DNA of 32,000 nt from Candidatus Arthromitus sp. SFB-rat-Yit. Lineage in GTDB: Bacteria > Bacillota > Clostridia > Clostridiales > Clostridiaceae. Positions within the stretch are counted from its first letter, which is position 1; every line of letters starts with the position of its first letter. Below are positions 18,928 to 27,690 of this stretch, piece by piece. Below the pieces are notes generated by a model that saw only the letters and a program-made list of their open reading frames with translations, was not told the origin of the DNA and did not search any database. A program made the position numbers and the translations under genes. The DNA is taken from the NCBI RefSeq assembly GCF_000283555.1, contig NC_016012.1:1230001-1262000 (forward strand). Reading direction: 5' to 3'.

Positions 18928-20166
18928 CTAAAATATTCTTTTAACTCTTTTTTTTCCTCGTATTCTCTTAATAATTATCATTATAAGAATTATAATAACA
19001 AGTATTAATAATATTGACAACGTATAAATTAAAATATTTGATAAAATAATAGGTTTCATATCCACACTTAAATTATAAGATGATTTACTATCTGAAACCA
19101 AAACTTCAAAAGTTCCAATTGGCTTATTAAAATCAGTAAAAATATTAATATTATCTTTTAAATAGATATTTGTGGATAAATTCTGTTTGTTATAATCATT
19201 ATCATACATATAAACATTATCATTTAAAATCAATGGAACTTGAGCTACTTTCTTAGGTCCAAAAAAACCAAAAAGCTTATACTCTAATGGAAAACTTTCA
19301 GAAACAACACTACCTTTTTCATATAATAATGCTTTTTCTTGCTTCTCTGCAATTTGCTTCAAATTCTCCATATCATTAAATACATATGAATCCTCAGAAT
19401 CGTATATAGATTTTAAAACAGTAATTATATACGATTTCCCATCTTTTTCAAAAGCTCCTACAAGATTTCTTCCCGATCTAGATGTATAACCTGTCTTACC
19501 ACCAATCATACCATCTGTTCCCAATAATTTATTAGAATTTTTATAAACTATAATAGATCCATTAGGTAAAGATACACTTGTTTCTTTAATTGAAATAGTT
19601 TCACGTATCCAATCATATTTAAGTGCTGCTTCTAAAAGAAGTGCTAAATCATATGCAGTTGAATAATGATCATCATCATGAAGACCAATAGCATTTTTAA
19701 AATATGTATTTTTAAGTCCTAGTTCCCTTAATTTATCATTCATTATCTCTTCAAAAGATTTTCCTAATTCATCGGATAAATTATCTGCAACAACCTGTGC
19801 CATATCATTTGCAGAAAATATAAGTATAGATTTCATAACGAAATCTGCACTTAATTCCTGTCCAACATCAAACGAAGAATAATTTAAATTAACAGAATAT
19901 TCTGGCATTTCCTTAGCCCTAGAAGTAAAGATCAAAGTATCTTTTTTAGTTTTATGCTCAGCCAATAAAATAGCAGTAATTAATTTTGAAATACTTGCTG
20001 GATACATTTTTGCATCTGCATTTTTTGATAAAATAACTTCATTAGTATCTCCGTCTATAACCACATAAGATTCTCCGTAAATTTTATAATTATTTATTTC
20101 CTCAGCTGAAACACTAGTAAAAATAACACTTAAAGAAAAAATAATACTAATCAACAATTTAAACAT
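18928..20166 (-). CDS. D-alanyl-D-alanine carboxypeptidase (S11 family)
   Basis: 412 aa; YPASISKLITAI (SxxK), FSANDMAQ (SxN), GGKTGYTSRSG (KTG), signal peptide and C-terminal TM. Confidence 0.93.
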   Translation of the reverse strand: MFKLLISIIFSLSVIFTSVSAEEINNYKIYGESYVVIDGDTNEVILSKNADAKMYPASISKLITAILLAEHKTKKDTLIFTSRAKEMPEYSVNLNYSSFDVGQELSADFVMKSILIFSANDMAQVVADNLSDELGKSFEEIMNDKLRELGLKNTYFKNAIGLHDDDHYSTAYDLALLLEAALKYDWIRETISIKETSVSLPNGSIIVYKNSNKLLGTDGMIGGKTGYTSRSGRNLVGAFEKDGKSYIITVLKSIYDSEDSYVFNDMENLKQIAEKQEKALLYEKGSVVSESFPLEYKLFGFFGPKKVAQVPLILNDNVYMYDNDYNKQNLSTNIYLKDNINIFTDFNKPIGTFEVLVSDSKSSYNLSVDMKPIILSNILIYTLSILLILVIIILIMIIIKRIRGKKRVKRIF

Positions 20167-20201
20167 ACTAATCCCCCTAAAATATTACAAATAGAAATTA
20201 C

Positions 20202-20981
20202 TTACCTTACTCCTTTATTTATAACAGATTTTTTAATAAAATAATCAAAATCTTTCTCACTTATATTATCTAATGTCATAAATTTATATCCAAGTTGTTT
20301 TGCATATAATATTATTCTCTCCAATGAGTCAATAGTGTTTGTATTACCATATCCATCATGTAAAAGAACTATAGCTTTTGACTTGTTATTAAGTTGACTA
20401 ATAGTAGAATTATATATAGTATCTGAACTTTTAGGAATCCTCTCAGCATCTAAACCATATACATTCCACTCAACAAAATAATATTTATTATCCAAAAATC
20501 TATCCTTAATTTCATTTAAAACATCTTCTCTTAATAGTTCGTTATTAACACCCCCCGGAAATCTAATAAAATTAACAGGCTCTTTTAGAATAACATCTTT
20601 TATTTTAACTATACAACTATTTAAATCAATAAAATAATCATCTGCTGTATTATAAATTTTCATATAATTATGACAATTAGTATGCGGTAGAATACACATA
20701 CCATCTCTCTCTAACCTTCTTACAATATCTTTATGAACTTCCACTTGATTCCCAATTACAAAAAAAGACGCTTTAACATTATTTTTATTTAATATATCCA
20801 AAATTTTATTTGTATTTGGACTTGGTCCATCATCAAAGGTCAAATAAATAACTTTATCATCTATGATTTTTAAATATTTGCCTTCATCAATACACTTAAC
20901 ATTAACCATATTTGTATTAAATAATAAGCAAACACCAAAACATAACATAATAATTTTTTTATACATATAAATAATCTCCAT
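20202..20981 (-). CDS. Polysaccharide deacetylase family protein
   Basis: 259 aa; VIYLTFDDGPSPNTNKILDIL, ASFFVIGNQVE, PHTNCHNY, IRFPGG, LLHDG. Confidence 0.9.
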   Translation of the reverse strand: MEIIYMYKKIIMLCFGVCLLFNTNMVNVKCIDEGKYLKIIDDKVIYLTFDDGPSPNTNKILDILNKNNVKASFFVIGNQVEVHKDIVRRLERDGMCILPHTNCHNYMKIYNTADDYFIDLNSCIVKIKDVILKEPVNFIRFPGGVNNELLREDVLNEIKDRFLDNKYYFVEWNVYGLDAERIPKSSDTIYNSTISQLNNKSKAIVLLHDGYGNTNTIDSLERIILYAKQLGYKFMTLDNISEKDFDYFIKKSVINKGVR

Positions 20982-21030
20982 TCTTTGGTAATTATAGTTA
21001 ACTTACCCAATATTTAAATAAATTATATAA

Positions 21031-21064
21031 AAAATAAAAAGAACACTTGAAATTCAAGTGTTCT
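21031..21064 (-). terminator. Intrinsic terminator downstream of the 157-aa ORF
   Basis: AGAACACTTGAA (21040-21051) / TTCAAGTGTTCT (21053-21064), T-rich tract on minus strand. Confidence 0.75.
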
Positions 21065-21070
21065 AAATAA

Positions 21071-21544
21071 TTAATTCAAATTTATCAACATAAATATTAA
21101 CTCTCTGTCAATATTTACAATTTTATTAATATAAAAATTTAATTTATTTCCCCTTATGTTATATTCCTTTATAATATCTTCGGTTACATTATCTATAATT
21201 TCTCTTAAATTACTAATAGATATATCTAATTCCTTCTTAAATATTATTTTATCAAGTAGAGAAATAAACTTATTTTTATCTGACAATCCACATAAATTTA
21301 AATCAATAAAACCAGCTATAGATTTAAATTTATTCATAATATCAAATGAAATATTTAAAGCAAATGATCTATAATAAATATTACAACTGTCATTTTTAAA
21401 ATCATATTTAAAATCCGTATTTTTACAAATATCACTAATTATATATCTATCATCCATTTTTTTAAACTTGTCTAAATTAACAATATCTTTAAATAAAGAC
21501 TCATTATTAGATAGTTTTTTATCATGATTTTGCTCTGACCTCAC
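21071..21544 (-). CDS. Hypothetical protein, 157 aa
   Basis: Uninterrupted ORF with intrinsic terminator immediately downstream and CTCC/GGAGG-like RBS upstream; no recognised family. Confidence 0.6.
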   Translation of the reverse strand: MRSEQNHDKKLSNNESLFKDIVNLDKFKKMDDRYIISDICKNTDFKYDFKNDSCNIYYRSFALNISFDIMNKFKSIAGFIDLNLCGLSDKNKFISLLDKIIFKKELDISISNLREIIDNVTEDIIKEYNIRGNKLNFYINKIVNIDRELIFMLINLN

Positions 21545-21759
21545 CTCAAATCCCCTCCTAAGTAAACAACTGTAAGCACCTCTTTATTTTCAAAATAAAT
21601 TATATTATCACCATAATGATTTATTACATATAATTTATTATGGTTTTTTAAACAAAATTTAAACATCATTTAATAAATAATTATTATTATAAAAGCTTGT
21701 ATATTTTCCCTAATTATAAGAAATAATTAAAGTATGCTTATGTTAGGAGTTTGAATTAA

Positions 21760-21891
21760 ATGAAAAATTGTTATTGTTGTGGTAAAGAAGAATCAAATAT
21801 TATTAAGTTAACTTATGCAAATTTTATTTTGTGCAATTGGTGTGCAGAAACCTACTATACTTCATTAAAAATTTTAAATAATTACATATAA
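21760..21891 (+). CDS. 43-aa zinc-ribbon-like microprotein with two CxxC-type knuckles
   Basis: Read directly: MKNCYCCGKEESNIIKLTYANFILCNWCAETYYTSLKILNNYI*; TAGGAG RBS 10-15 nt upstream; intrinsic terminator overlaps the stop; absent from ORF track (too short). Confidence 0.6.
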   Translation: MKNCYCCGKEESNIIKLTYANFILCNWCAETYYTSLKILNNYI

Positions 21892-21924
21892 AAAAGAGAG
21901 GCGTTATTTTCACCTCTCTTTTTT
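21891..21924 (+). terminator. Intrinsic terminator after the 43-aa ORF
   Basis: AAAAAGAGAGG (21891-21901) / CCTCTCTTTTT (21913-21923), T-tract. Confidence 0.85.
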
Positions 21925-21927
21925 GTA

Positions 21928-22003
21928 TGGCAGGGGCAGCAGGAATCGAACCCGCAACCAACGGTTTTGGAGACCGCTACTCTACCAATTGAGCTATACC
22001 CCT
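21928..22003 (-). tRNA. tRNA-Trp (anticodon CCA)
   Basis: Minus strand AGGGGTATAGCTCAATTGGTAGAGTAGCGGTCTCCAAAACCGTTGGTTGCGGGTTCGATTCCTGCTGCCCCTGCCA; full cloverleaf, anticodon loop CTCCAAA, encoded 3' CCA. Confidence 0.95.
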
Positions 22004-22103
22004 AAATTACTTTGATATTGTACTATAAATTTTATATAAAATCAACAATAAAATAAATTTACATTGTTACTAAAAATTATTAAAATTATTCTATATAAAA
22101 TAA

Positions 22104-22598
22104 TTGGAGTTATTTATGAAAGATATTTTAAAAATAAATAATATAAATGAAACAATTAATATAGGAAAATTAATTGGAAAAAATCTAAATAAAAGCATAA
22201 CAATCGCACTAGACGGTGATATAGGGTGCGGTAAGACTCAACTAACAAAAGGTATTGCACTAGGACTCAATATTAAAGACAATATAACTAGTCCAACATT
22301 TAATTTAATAAATGAATATTATGATGGAACTCTCCCACTATATCATTTTGATGTTTATAGATTAAACTCAATAGATGAATTATTTCTAATTGGATTTGAT
22401 GATTATATTAAATCAGATGGAGTCAGAATTATAGAATGGGCATCAAATGTGAAGGAAGCACTTCCATTAGATACAAATTTTATCAATATATTTAAACTTC
22501 CTTCAAATAATAATGAACGCATAATTGAATTCAACTTTAATAATGAATATGAGGATATTTTAACTAAAATTTTAAACGATTTTAAAAAGGAGATTTAA
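22104..22598 (+). CDS. tsaE: tRNA threonylcarbamoyladenosine biosynthesis ATPase TsaE
   Basis: 164 aa; ALDGDIGCGKTQLTKGIALGL, SPTFNLINEY, YHFDVYRL. Confidence 0.92.
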   Translation: MELFMKDILKINNINETINIGKLIGKNLNKSITIALDGDIGCGKTQLTKGIALGLNIKDNITSPTFNLINEYYDGTLPLYHFDVYRLNSIDELFLIGFDDYIKSDGVRIIEWASNVKEALPLDTNFINIFKLPSNNNERIIEFNFNNEYEDILTKILNDFKKEI

Positions 22599-22602
22599 CA
22601 AT

Positions 22603-23310
22603 ATGATACTTCTAACTCTTGATACAAACTCTGATATATTAAGTTGTTGCGTCACAAATAACAAAAAACTCTTATCAGAGATAAATATATATAATTTAAA
22701 AAGTCATTCTATAAACTCTATAGGTATTATAGATTCTGTTTTAAAGAATTCAAACTTAACAATAAATGATATCGACGGATTCATATTATCTAAAGGTCCC
22801 GGAAGCTTTACAGGACTTAGAATAGCCTTCTCCATAATAAAATCATTTTCATTTGCCTTAAAAAAACCAATGATATCTTTATCTTCTCTAGACTCTTTGT
22901 GTTTTAGGGAAAATTTTAATGGAATTGTATGCAGCATAATAAACGCGTTAAGAGATGAAGTGTACATAAATTCGTTCACATGTAGAAATGAAATAATTCA
23001 AAATGATTTTGAAGGGGAAATTGTACATATAAACAATATCAAAAAATATTTGAAATCAAAGTACAATAATTTACAAAATATACTCTTTACAGGTGATGGA
23101 ACTTTAAAATTTGAATCTCACTTAAAAATAATATTTCCAAATTCATATATAAACCAAAAACCTATCTCTTCATATGATTACGCACTTTTAGGATTCGAAA
23201 AATTTAAACTTAATTTGTTTGATGATTCGTTTCTTTGTTCCCCATCATATATAAGAGTTTCTCAAGCCCAAGAAATGCTTCTTACCAAAAACAAATCAAA
23301 AAATGATTGA
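22603..23310 (+). CDS. tsaB: tRNA threonylcarbamoyladenosine biosynthesis protein TsaB
   Basis: 235 aa; LLTLDTNSDILSCCV, GPGSFTGLRIAFSIIKSFSFAL; adjacent to tsaE. Confidence 0.92.
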   Translation: MILLTLDTNSDILSCCVTNNKKLLSEINIYNLKSHSINSIGIIDSVLKNSNLTINDIDGFILSKGPGSFTGLRIAFSIIKSFSFALKKPMISLSSLDSLCFRENFNGIVCSIINALRDEVYINSFTCRNEIIQNDFEGEIVHINNIKKYLKSKYNNLQNILFTGDGTLKFESHLKIIFPNSYINQKPISSYDYALLGFEKFKLNLFDDSFLCSPSYIRVSQAQEMLLTKNKSKND

Positions 23311-23743
23311 TTTTAAGAAGATTCATGTAAAGAAATCAAACTCTTCACACATAAATTCTATTTACCTAATAAGTAAATCAAATATAAAAAATTCTTGGAG
23401 CATAGAATCGTTTAATGATGACTTTAACAATATTTTTTCAGAATACTTCTCATTAATGTATGAAAATAAAATAATTGGTTTTATAAGTATATGGGTAATA
23501 ATAGATGAAGTTACCATAACTAATATATCAATACATAATGAATATAAAGGTATTGGATTGTCAAACTATTTAATGGATTATTTAATAAATAATTATGATA
23601 ACTATACTATACTTCTTGAAGTGCGTGAATCTAATAAAATAGCAATAAATCTATATAAAAAATTCAAATTTAAAGAAATTGGTAGACGTAACAATTATTA
23701 CAAATTTCCTTCAGAAGATGCCATAATAATGAAAAAATTCTAG
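23303..23743 (+). CDS. rimI: Ribosomal protein S18-alanine N-acetyltransferase-like (GNAT)
   Basis: 146 aa GNAT: TITNISIHNEYKGIGLSNYLMDYL, LLEVRESNKIAINLYKKFKFKEIGRRNNYY; operonic with tsaB. Confidence 0.88.
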   Translation: MIDFKKIHVKKSNSSHINSIYLISKSNIKNSWSIESFNDDFNNIFSEYFSLMYENKIIGFISIWVIIDEVTITNISIHNEYKGIGLSNYLMDYLINNYDNYTILLEVRESNKIAINLYKKFKFKEIGRRNNYYKFPSEDAIIMKKF

Positions 23744-23759
23744 GATAAATTCCTAGAAT

Positions 23760-24317
23760 TTATTTTTTAAACCTATCAATAATAGCAACAGTTGGGAAAA
23801 AAATTATCATAGATTTTATTACATTATAAGGAACAATATATATAATCAAGAATTTTAATAATGTATTTGCCTCTCCAATAAAGGAACTTAACTCAACGCC
23901 TAATAATTTTACATAAACAGGTAATATTACCGTAGCATTTAATATAACCCCTGATAAAGTAAGACCAATCATTCCAGATAATAAACTAAAAATATATCTA
24001 TTCTTACCATTAAATTTTTTGTAAAAATATGCCCCTGGAACTATAAAACAAAATCCCATTAAAAAATTTGCAAGCTCGCCTATACCGAAAGTAAAACTCC
24101 CCATAGTAAAACACACCAATAAATTTTTTAATGCTAAAGATATAACCCCTAAAATAGGAGAAAATATTATAGTTATGAAAAATATCGGTATATCTGATAA
24201 ATCAAATGTTAAAAAATTAGGTAAAAAAGGTACGCTTAACCTAAAATACATAAGAACAACAGATAATGCTACCAAAATACATATTTTGATTTTATTATTA
24301 AATTCAATTTTTCTCAC
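23760..24317 (-). CDS. ribU: ECF transporter S component, RibU (riboflavin)-like
   Basis: 185 aa; FLTFDLSDIPIFFITIIFSPILGVISLALKNLL, GELANFLMGFCFIVPGAYFYKK, NVIKSMI. Confidence 0.75.
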   Translation of the reverse strand: MRKIEFNNKIKICILVALSVVLMYFRLSVPFLPNFLTFDLSDIPIFFITIIFSPILGVISLALKNLLVCFTMGSFTFGIGELANFLMGFCFIVPGAYFYKKFNGKNRYIFSLLSGMIGLTLSGVILNATVILPVYVKLLGVELSSFIGEANTLLKFLIIYIVPYNVIKSMIIFFPTVAIIDRFKK

Positions 24318-24342
24318 TCATTATCACCACCTATAAAAATTG

Positions 24343-26499
24343 CTAAATTTTCATAGTCAAAGAAATTCTATTCCTCTCTTTATCTATATCAAGTACCTTA
24401 ACATTTACAATTTCACCTAATTTTACCACATCCAATGGATGTTTTACAAATTTATTAGATAGCTGAGATTTATGAACTAGTCCATCTTGATGAACTCCAA
24501 TATCTACAAAGGCTCCAAAATCAGAAATATTTCTAATTGTGCCAACAAGTATCATTCCCTCTTTTAAATCATCTATACTTAAAACTCCTTTTTTAAATAT
24601 AGGTTCTGGTAAATCTTCCCTCGGATCTCTCGCAGGTTTTTTGAGTTCTTTTATAATATCCCTAAGTGTAATCTCTCCAATTCCTAAAATTTCAGATATC
24701 TCAAAAATATTTTGATTTTTAAACTTATCATCTAAATCATGTATCTTTCCTCTATATTTTAAATCTTCTATATCTAAATTAAACATACTCAAAAGTTTCT
24801 TTGTAGCATCATAGCTTTCAGGGTGAACCGACGTATTATCAAGTCCATTTTCTCCATCACTTATCCTTAAAAATCCAACGCACTGTTCATAAGCCTTATT
24901 TCCTAAACGCTTTACCTTCAAAAGATCTGATCTTTTTTTAAATTTACCATTTTCTTCTCTATATTTTACAATATTCTCTGCAATAGAAGCATTTATTCCA
25001 GATATATACGATAATATAGATGGCGTAGCCATATTTAAATCCACTCCAACTGAATTTACACAATCCTCTATAACAGTTTTAAGAGAATCTTCTAATTTCT
25101 TACCATTTATATCATGTTGGTACTGTCCAACACCTATTGATTTAGGGTCTATTTTAACAAGTTCAACTAAAGGATCCTGCAATCTCCTTCCTATAGAAAT
25201 TGCGCCCCTTATAGTAACATCTAAATTAGGATACTCTTTACTTGCAAGTTCAGATGCTGAATAAACAGACGCTCCTGCTTCAGATACTATAACATATGAT
25301 AAATCCACATTTTTCTCTACTTTAACCTCATCTATAATCTCACCTACAATTTCTTCAGTTTCACGACTTGCTGTTCCATTTCCCAATGAAATCAAAGTAA
25401 CATTATATTTATAAATTAAATCTATCAAAATTTTCTTACTTTCATCAACTTTTTTAACAGGTTCGTTTGGATATATCGTAGTCGAATCCATATACTTTCC
25501 CGTATCACTTAATATACAAACTTTACAACCAGTACGGAATCCTGGATCAATAGCCATAACAACCTTACCTTTTATCGGTGGTTGCATAAGTAATGCCTTT
25601 AAATTTTCTTTAAATATAATAATTGCTCCGTCTTCTGCAACTAAGCTTAAATCCTTTCTAATTTCTCTAATAATCGAAGGTAATATAAGCCTTTTTAGGG
25701 AGTCATTTATAGATTCTAATATTAATTCATTATTTTTCTTATTATTAACCCCAATTTTAGAAAATATCATATCTATTATTTCATTTTCCCCAAATGATAT
25801 CTTTACTTTTAAGATTCCTTCTTTTTCCCCTCTATTTATAGCAAGTACCCTATAGGAGGGTATAATTTTCACCTTTTCTCTATAATCATAATAATCTTCA
25901 TATTGTGTTCTCTTATCACTTTCTCCACAAGTTTCAATAATACCATTTTCAAATACATAGTTACGTATAAATTTTCTAAAATTTGCATCATCTGAAATTA
26001 TCTCAGATATTATATCCTTCGCTCCATCCAATGCATCTTGTCCACTTTTAATTCCAAATTCTTCGTTTATAAATTTTTCACTCTCCTCTAAAATATCACC
26101 ACTAAAATCTTTATTTAAGATAATTTCTGCTAAAGGTTTTAATCCCTTTTCCTCAGCAATAATTGCACGCGTTCTTTTCTTTGGTTTAAACGGTCTATAT
26201 ATATCCTCTATCTCCACTAATGTATTTGAGCTTAAAATGCTATTTCTAATTTCATCTGTTAATTTTCCTTGTTCATCAATTAAACGTATAATATTTTCTT
26301 TCTTTTCCTCGAGATTTCTCAAATAATTAAGCCTAACCTCAAATTTTCTTAATACAACATCATCAAGAGAACCTGTAGCTTCCTTCCTATATCTACTTAT
26401 AAATGGAACCGTATTACCTTCATCTAATAAATTAATTACATTATCAACATATTTTTTATCAATCAAAAATTCACTAGATAAAACTTTAGAAATATCCAT
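24343..26499 (-). CDS. tex: Tex-type RNA-binding transcriptional accessory protein with C-terminal S1 domain
   Basis: 718 aa; VPFISRYRKEATGSLDD, AIDPGFRTGCKVCILSDTGK, SIGVGQYQHDI, S1 domain GTIRNISDFGAFVDIGVHQDGLVHKSQLS. Confidence 0.93.
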   Translation of the reverse strand: MDISKVLSSEFLIDKKYVDNVINLLDEGNTVPFISRYRKEATGSLDDVVLRKFEVRLNYLRNLEEKKENIIRLIDEQGKLTDEIRNSILSSNTLVEIEDIYRPFKPKKRTRAIIAEEKGLKPLAEIILNKDFSGDILEESEKFINEEFGIKSGQDALDGAKDIISEIISDDANFRKFIRNYVFENGIIETCGESDKRTQYEDYYDYREKVKIIPSYRVLAINRGEKEGILKVKISFGENEIIDMIFSKIGVNNKKNNELILESINDSLKRLILPSIIREIRKDLSLVAEDGAIIIFKENLKALLMQPPIKGKVVMAIDPGFRTGCKVCILSDTGKYMDSTTIYPNEPVKKVDESKKILIDLIYKYNVTLISLGNGTASRETEEIVGEIIDEVKVEKNVDLSYVIVSEAGASVYSASELASKEYPNLDVTIRGAISIGRRLQDPLVELVKIDPKSIGVGQYQHDINGKKLEDSLKTVIEDCVNSVGVDLNMATPSILSYISGINASIAENIVKYREENGKFKKRSDLLKVKRLGNKAYEQCVGFLRISDGENGLDNTSVHPESYDATKKLLSMFNLDIEDLKYRGKIHDLDDKFKNQNIFEISEILGIGEITLRDIIKELKKPARDPREDLPEPIFKKGVLSIDDLKEGMILVGTIRNISDFGAFVDIGVHQDGLVHKSQLSNKFVKHPLDVVKLGEIVNVKVLDIDKERNRISLTMKI

Positions 26500-26537
26500 A
26501 TTAATTCCTCCTGTTGTAACAAATTCACTTTTTAATT

Positions 26538-27639
26538 TTAATAAACTCCTCTTATATAATTTTTTATAAACATATCAATATCCCCATTAAGCACCTTATT
26601 TATATCCGATGTTTCAATATTCATCCTATGATCCTTAACAAGTGTATACGGATGCATAACATAAGATCTTATTTGACTTCCAAACCCAATTTCTTTTAAA
26701 TCCCCAGATAAATCATCAAGCTTCTCTTTATGACTTCTATCCTTAAGTTCAATCAGTTTAGATATCATAATTTTCATCGCAGTTTCCTTATTTGATAATT
26801 GACTCCTCTCATTTTGACATTGAACAACTATACCTGTTTTTAAATGAGTTATTCTAACTGCAGATTCTGTTTTATTAACATGTTGTCCACCAGCCCCACT
26901 AGCTCTATATGTATCAATTTTAAGTTCACTCTCATTTATCTTAATTTCTTCTAAATTCTGTATCTCAGGTAAAATTTCAACAGAAGCAAACGATGTCTGT
27001 CTTTTCCCATTAGCATTAAAAGGAGAAATTCTAACAAGTCTGTGTATACCTTTCTCCCCTTTTAAATATCCATAGGCATATTCACCTTCAATTTTTATCG
27101 TAGCACTCTTTATACCAGCTTCATCGCCTATACTATAATCAATAACACTTAACGCAAATTTGTTTTCCTCTCCCCATCTCATATACATACGAAATAACAT
27201 ATCGCTCCAATCCTGAGCATCAACACCACCAGCACCAGCATGAATAGTTAAAAAAACATTATTCTTATCATATTCACCATTTAAAAGAGTTTTAATATTA
27301 AGAGTATCTATAACATTTTTAAATTTATAAAAATCATCCTTAAACATCTGTATATACTCTTCATCACTCTCATCCTTTATAATTTCTAATGACTCCACTA
27401 AATACTCATAATCTTTATATAATTTATCTACTTCATCTATTTTATCTTTTAAACTCTTAGCAAGCTTAACTATTTTAGTACTGTTTTCAATATCATCCCA
27501 AAATTTACTATCCTCCATCATAATCGAATACTCTTCAAATTTCTTATTTAGCCTATCTAAGTCAAAGAAACCCCCTTATAAGATCAAAATTCTCTTTTAT
27601 CTCTTTAAGTCTATCTTTAAAATATTGATAATCAAACAT
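26538..27639 (-). CDS. prfB: Peptide chain release factor 2, full gene including programmed +1 frameshift
   Basis: Supplied ORF 26538-27521 has the GGQHVNKTESAVRITH motif; upstream frame starts at ATG 27639 (RBS AAGGAG) MFDYQYFKDRLKEIKENFDLIRGFL then CTT TGA C with AGGGGG SD-like 3 nt upstream; +1 shift joins DLDRLNKKFEEYSIMMEDSKFWDD. Confidence 0.95.
27562..27576 (-). promoter_or_regulatory. prfB autoregulatory +1 recoding site (AGGGGG TTT CTT TGA)
   Basis: Minus strand AGGGGGTTTCTTTGAC; canonical arrangement. Confidence 0.95.
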
Positions 27640-27657
27640 AATCTTCTCCTTTGTATA

Positions 27658-27680
27658 TAAAAAGCTGCTAAAAAGCAGCT
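27658..27680 (-). terminator. Intrinsic terminator between secA and prfB
   Basis: Minus strand AGCTGC-TTTTTA-GCAGCT-TTTTT. Confidence 0.7.
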
Positions 27681-27690
27681 AAAATAAAAT

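Noticed and set aside
21156-22979. ORFs 21156-21374 (+) and 22704-22979 (-)
   Set aside because: Antisense to the 157-aa ORF and to tsaB respectively; no signals.
24318-24342. FMN riboswitch for the RibU-like gene
   Set aside because: The intergenic space to tex is only 25 nt; no room for an aptamer.
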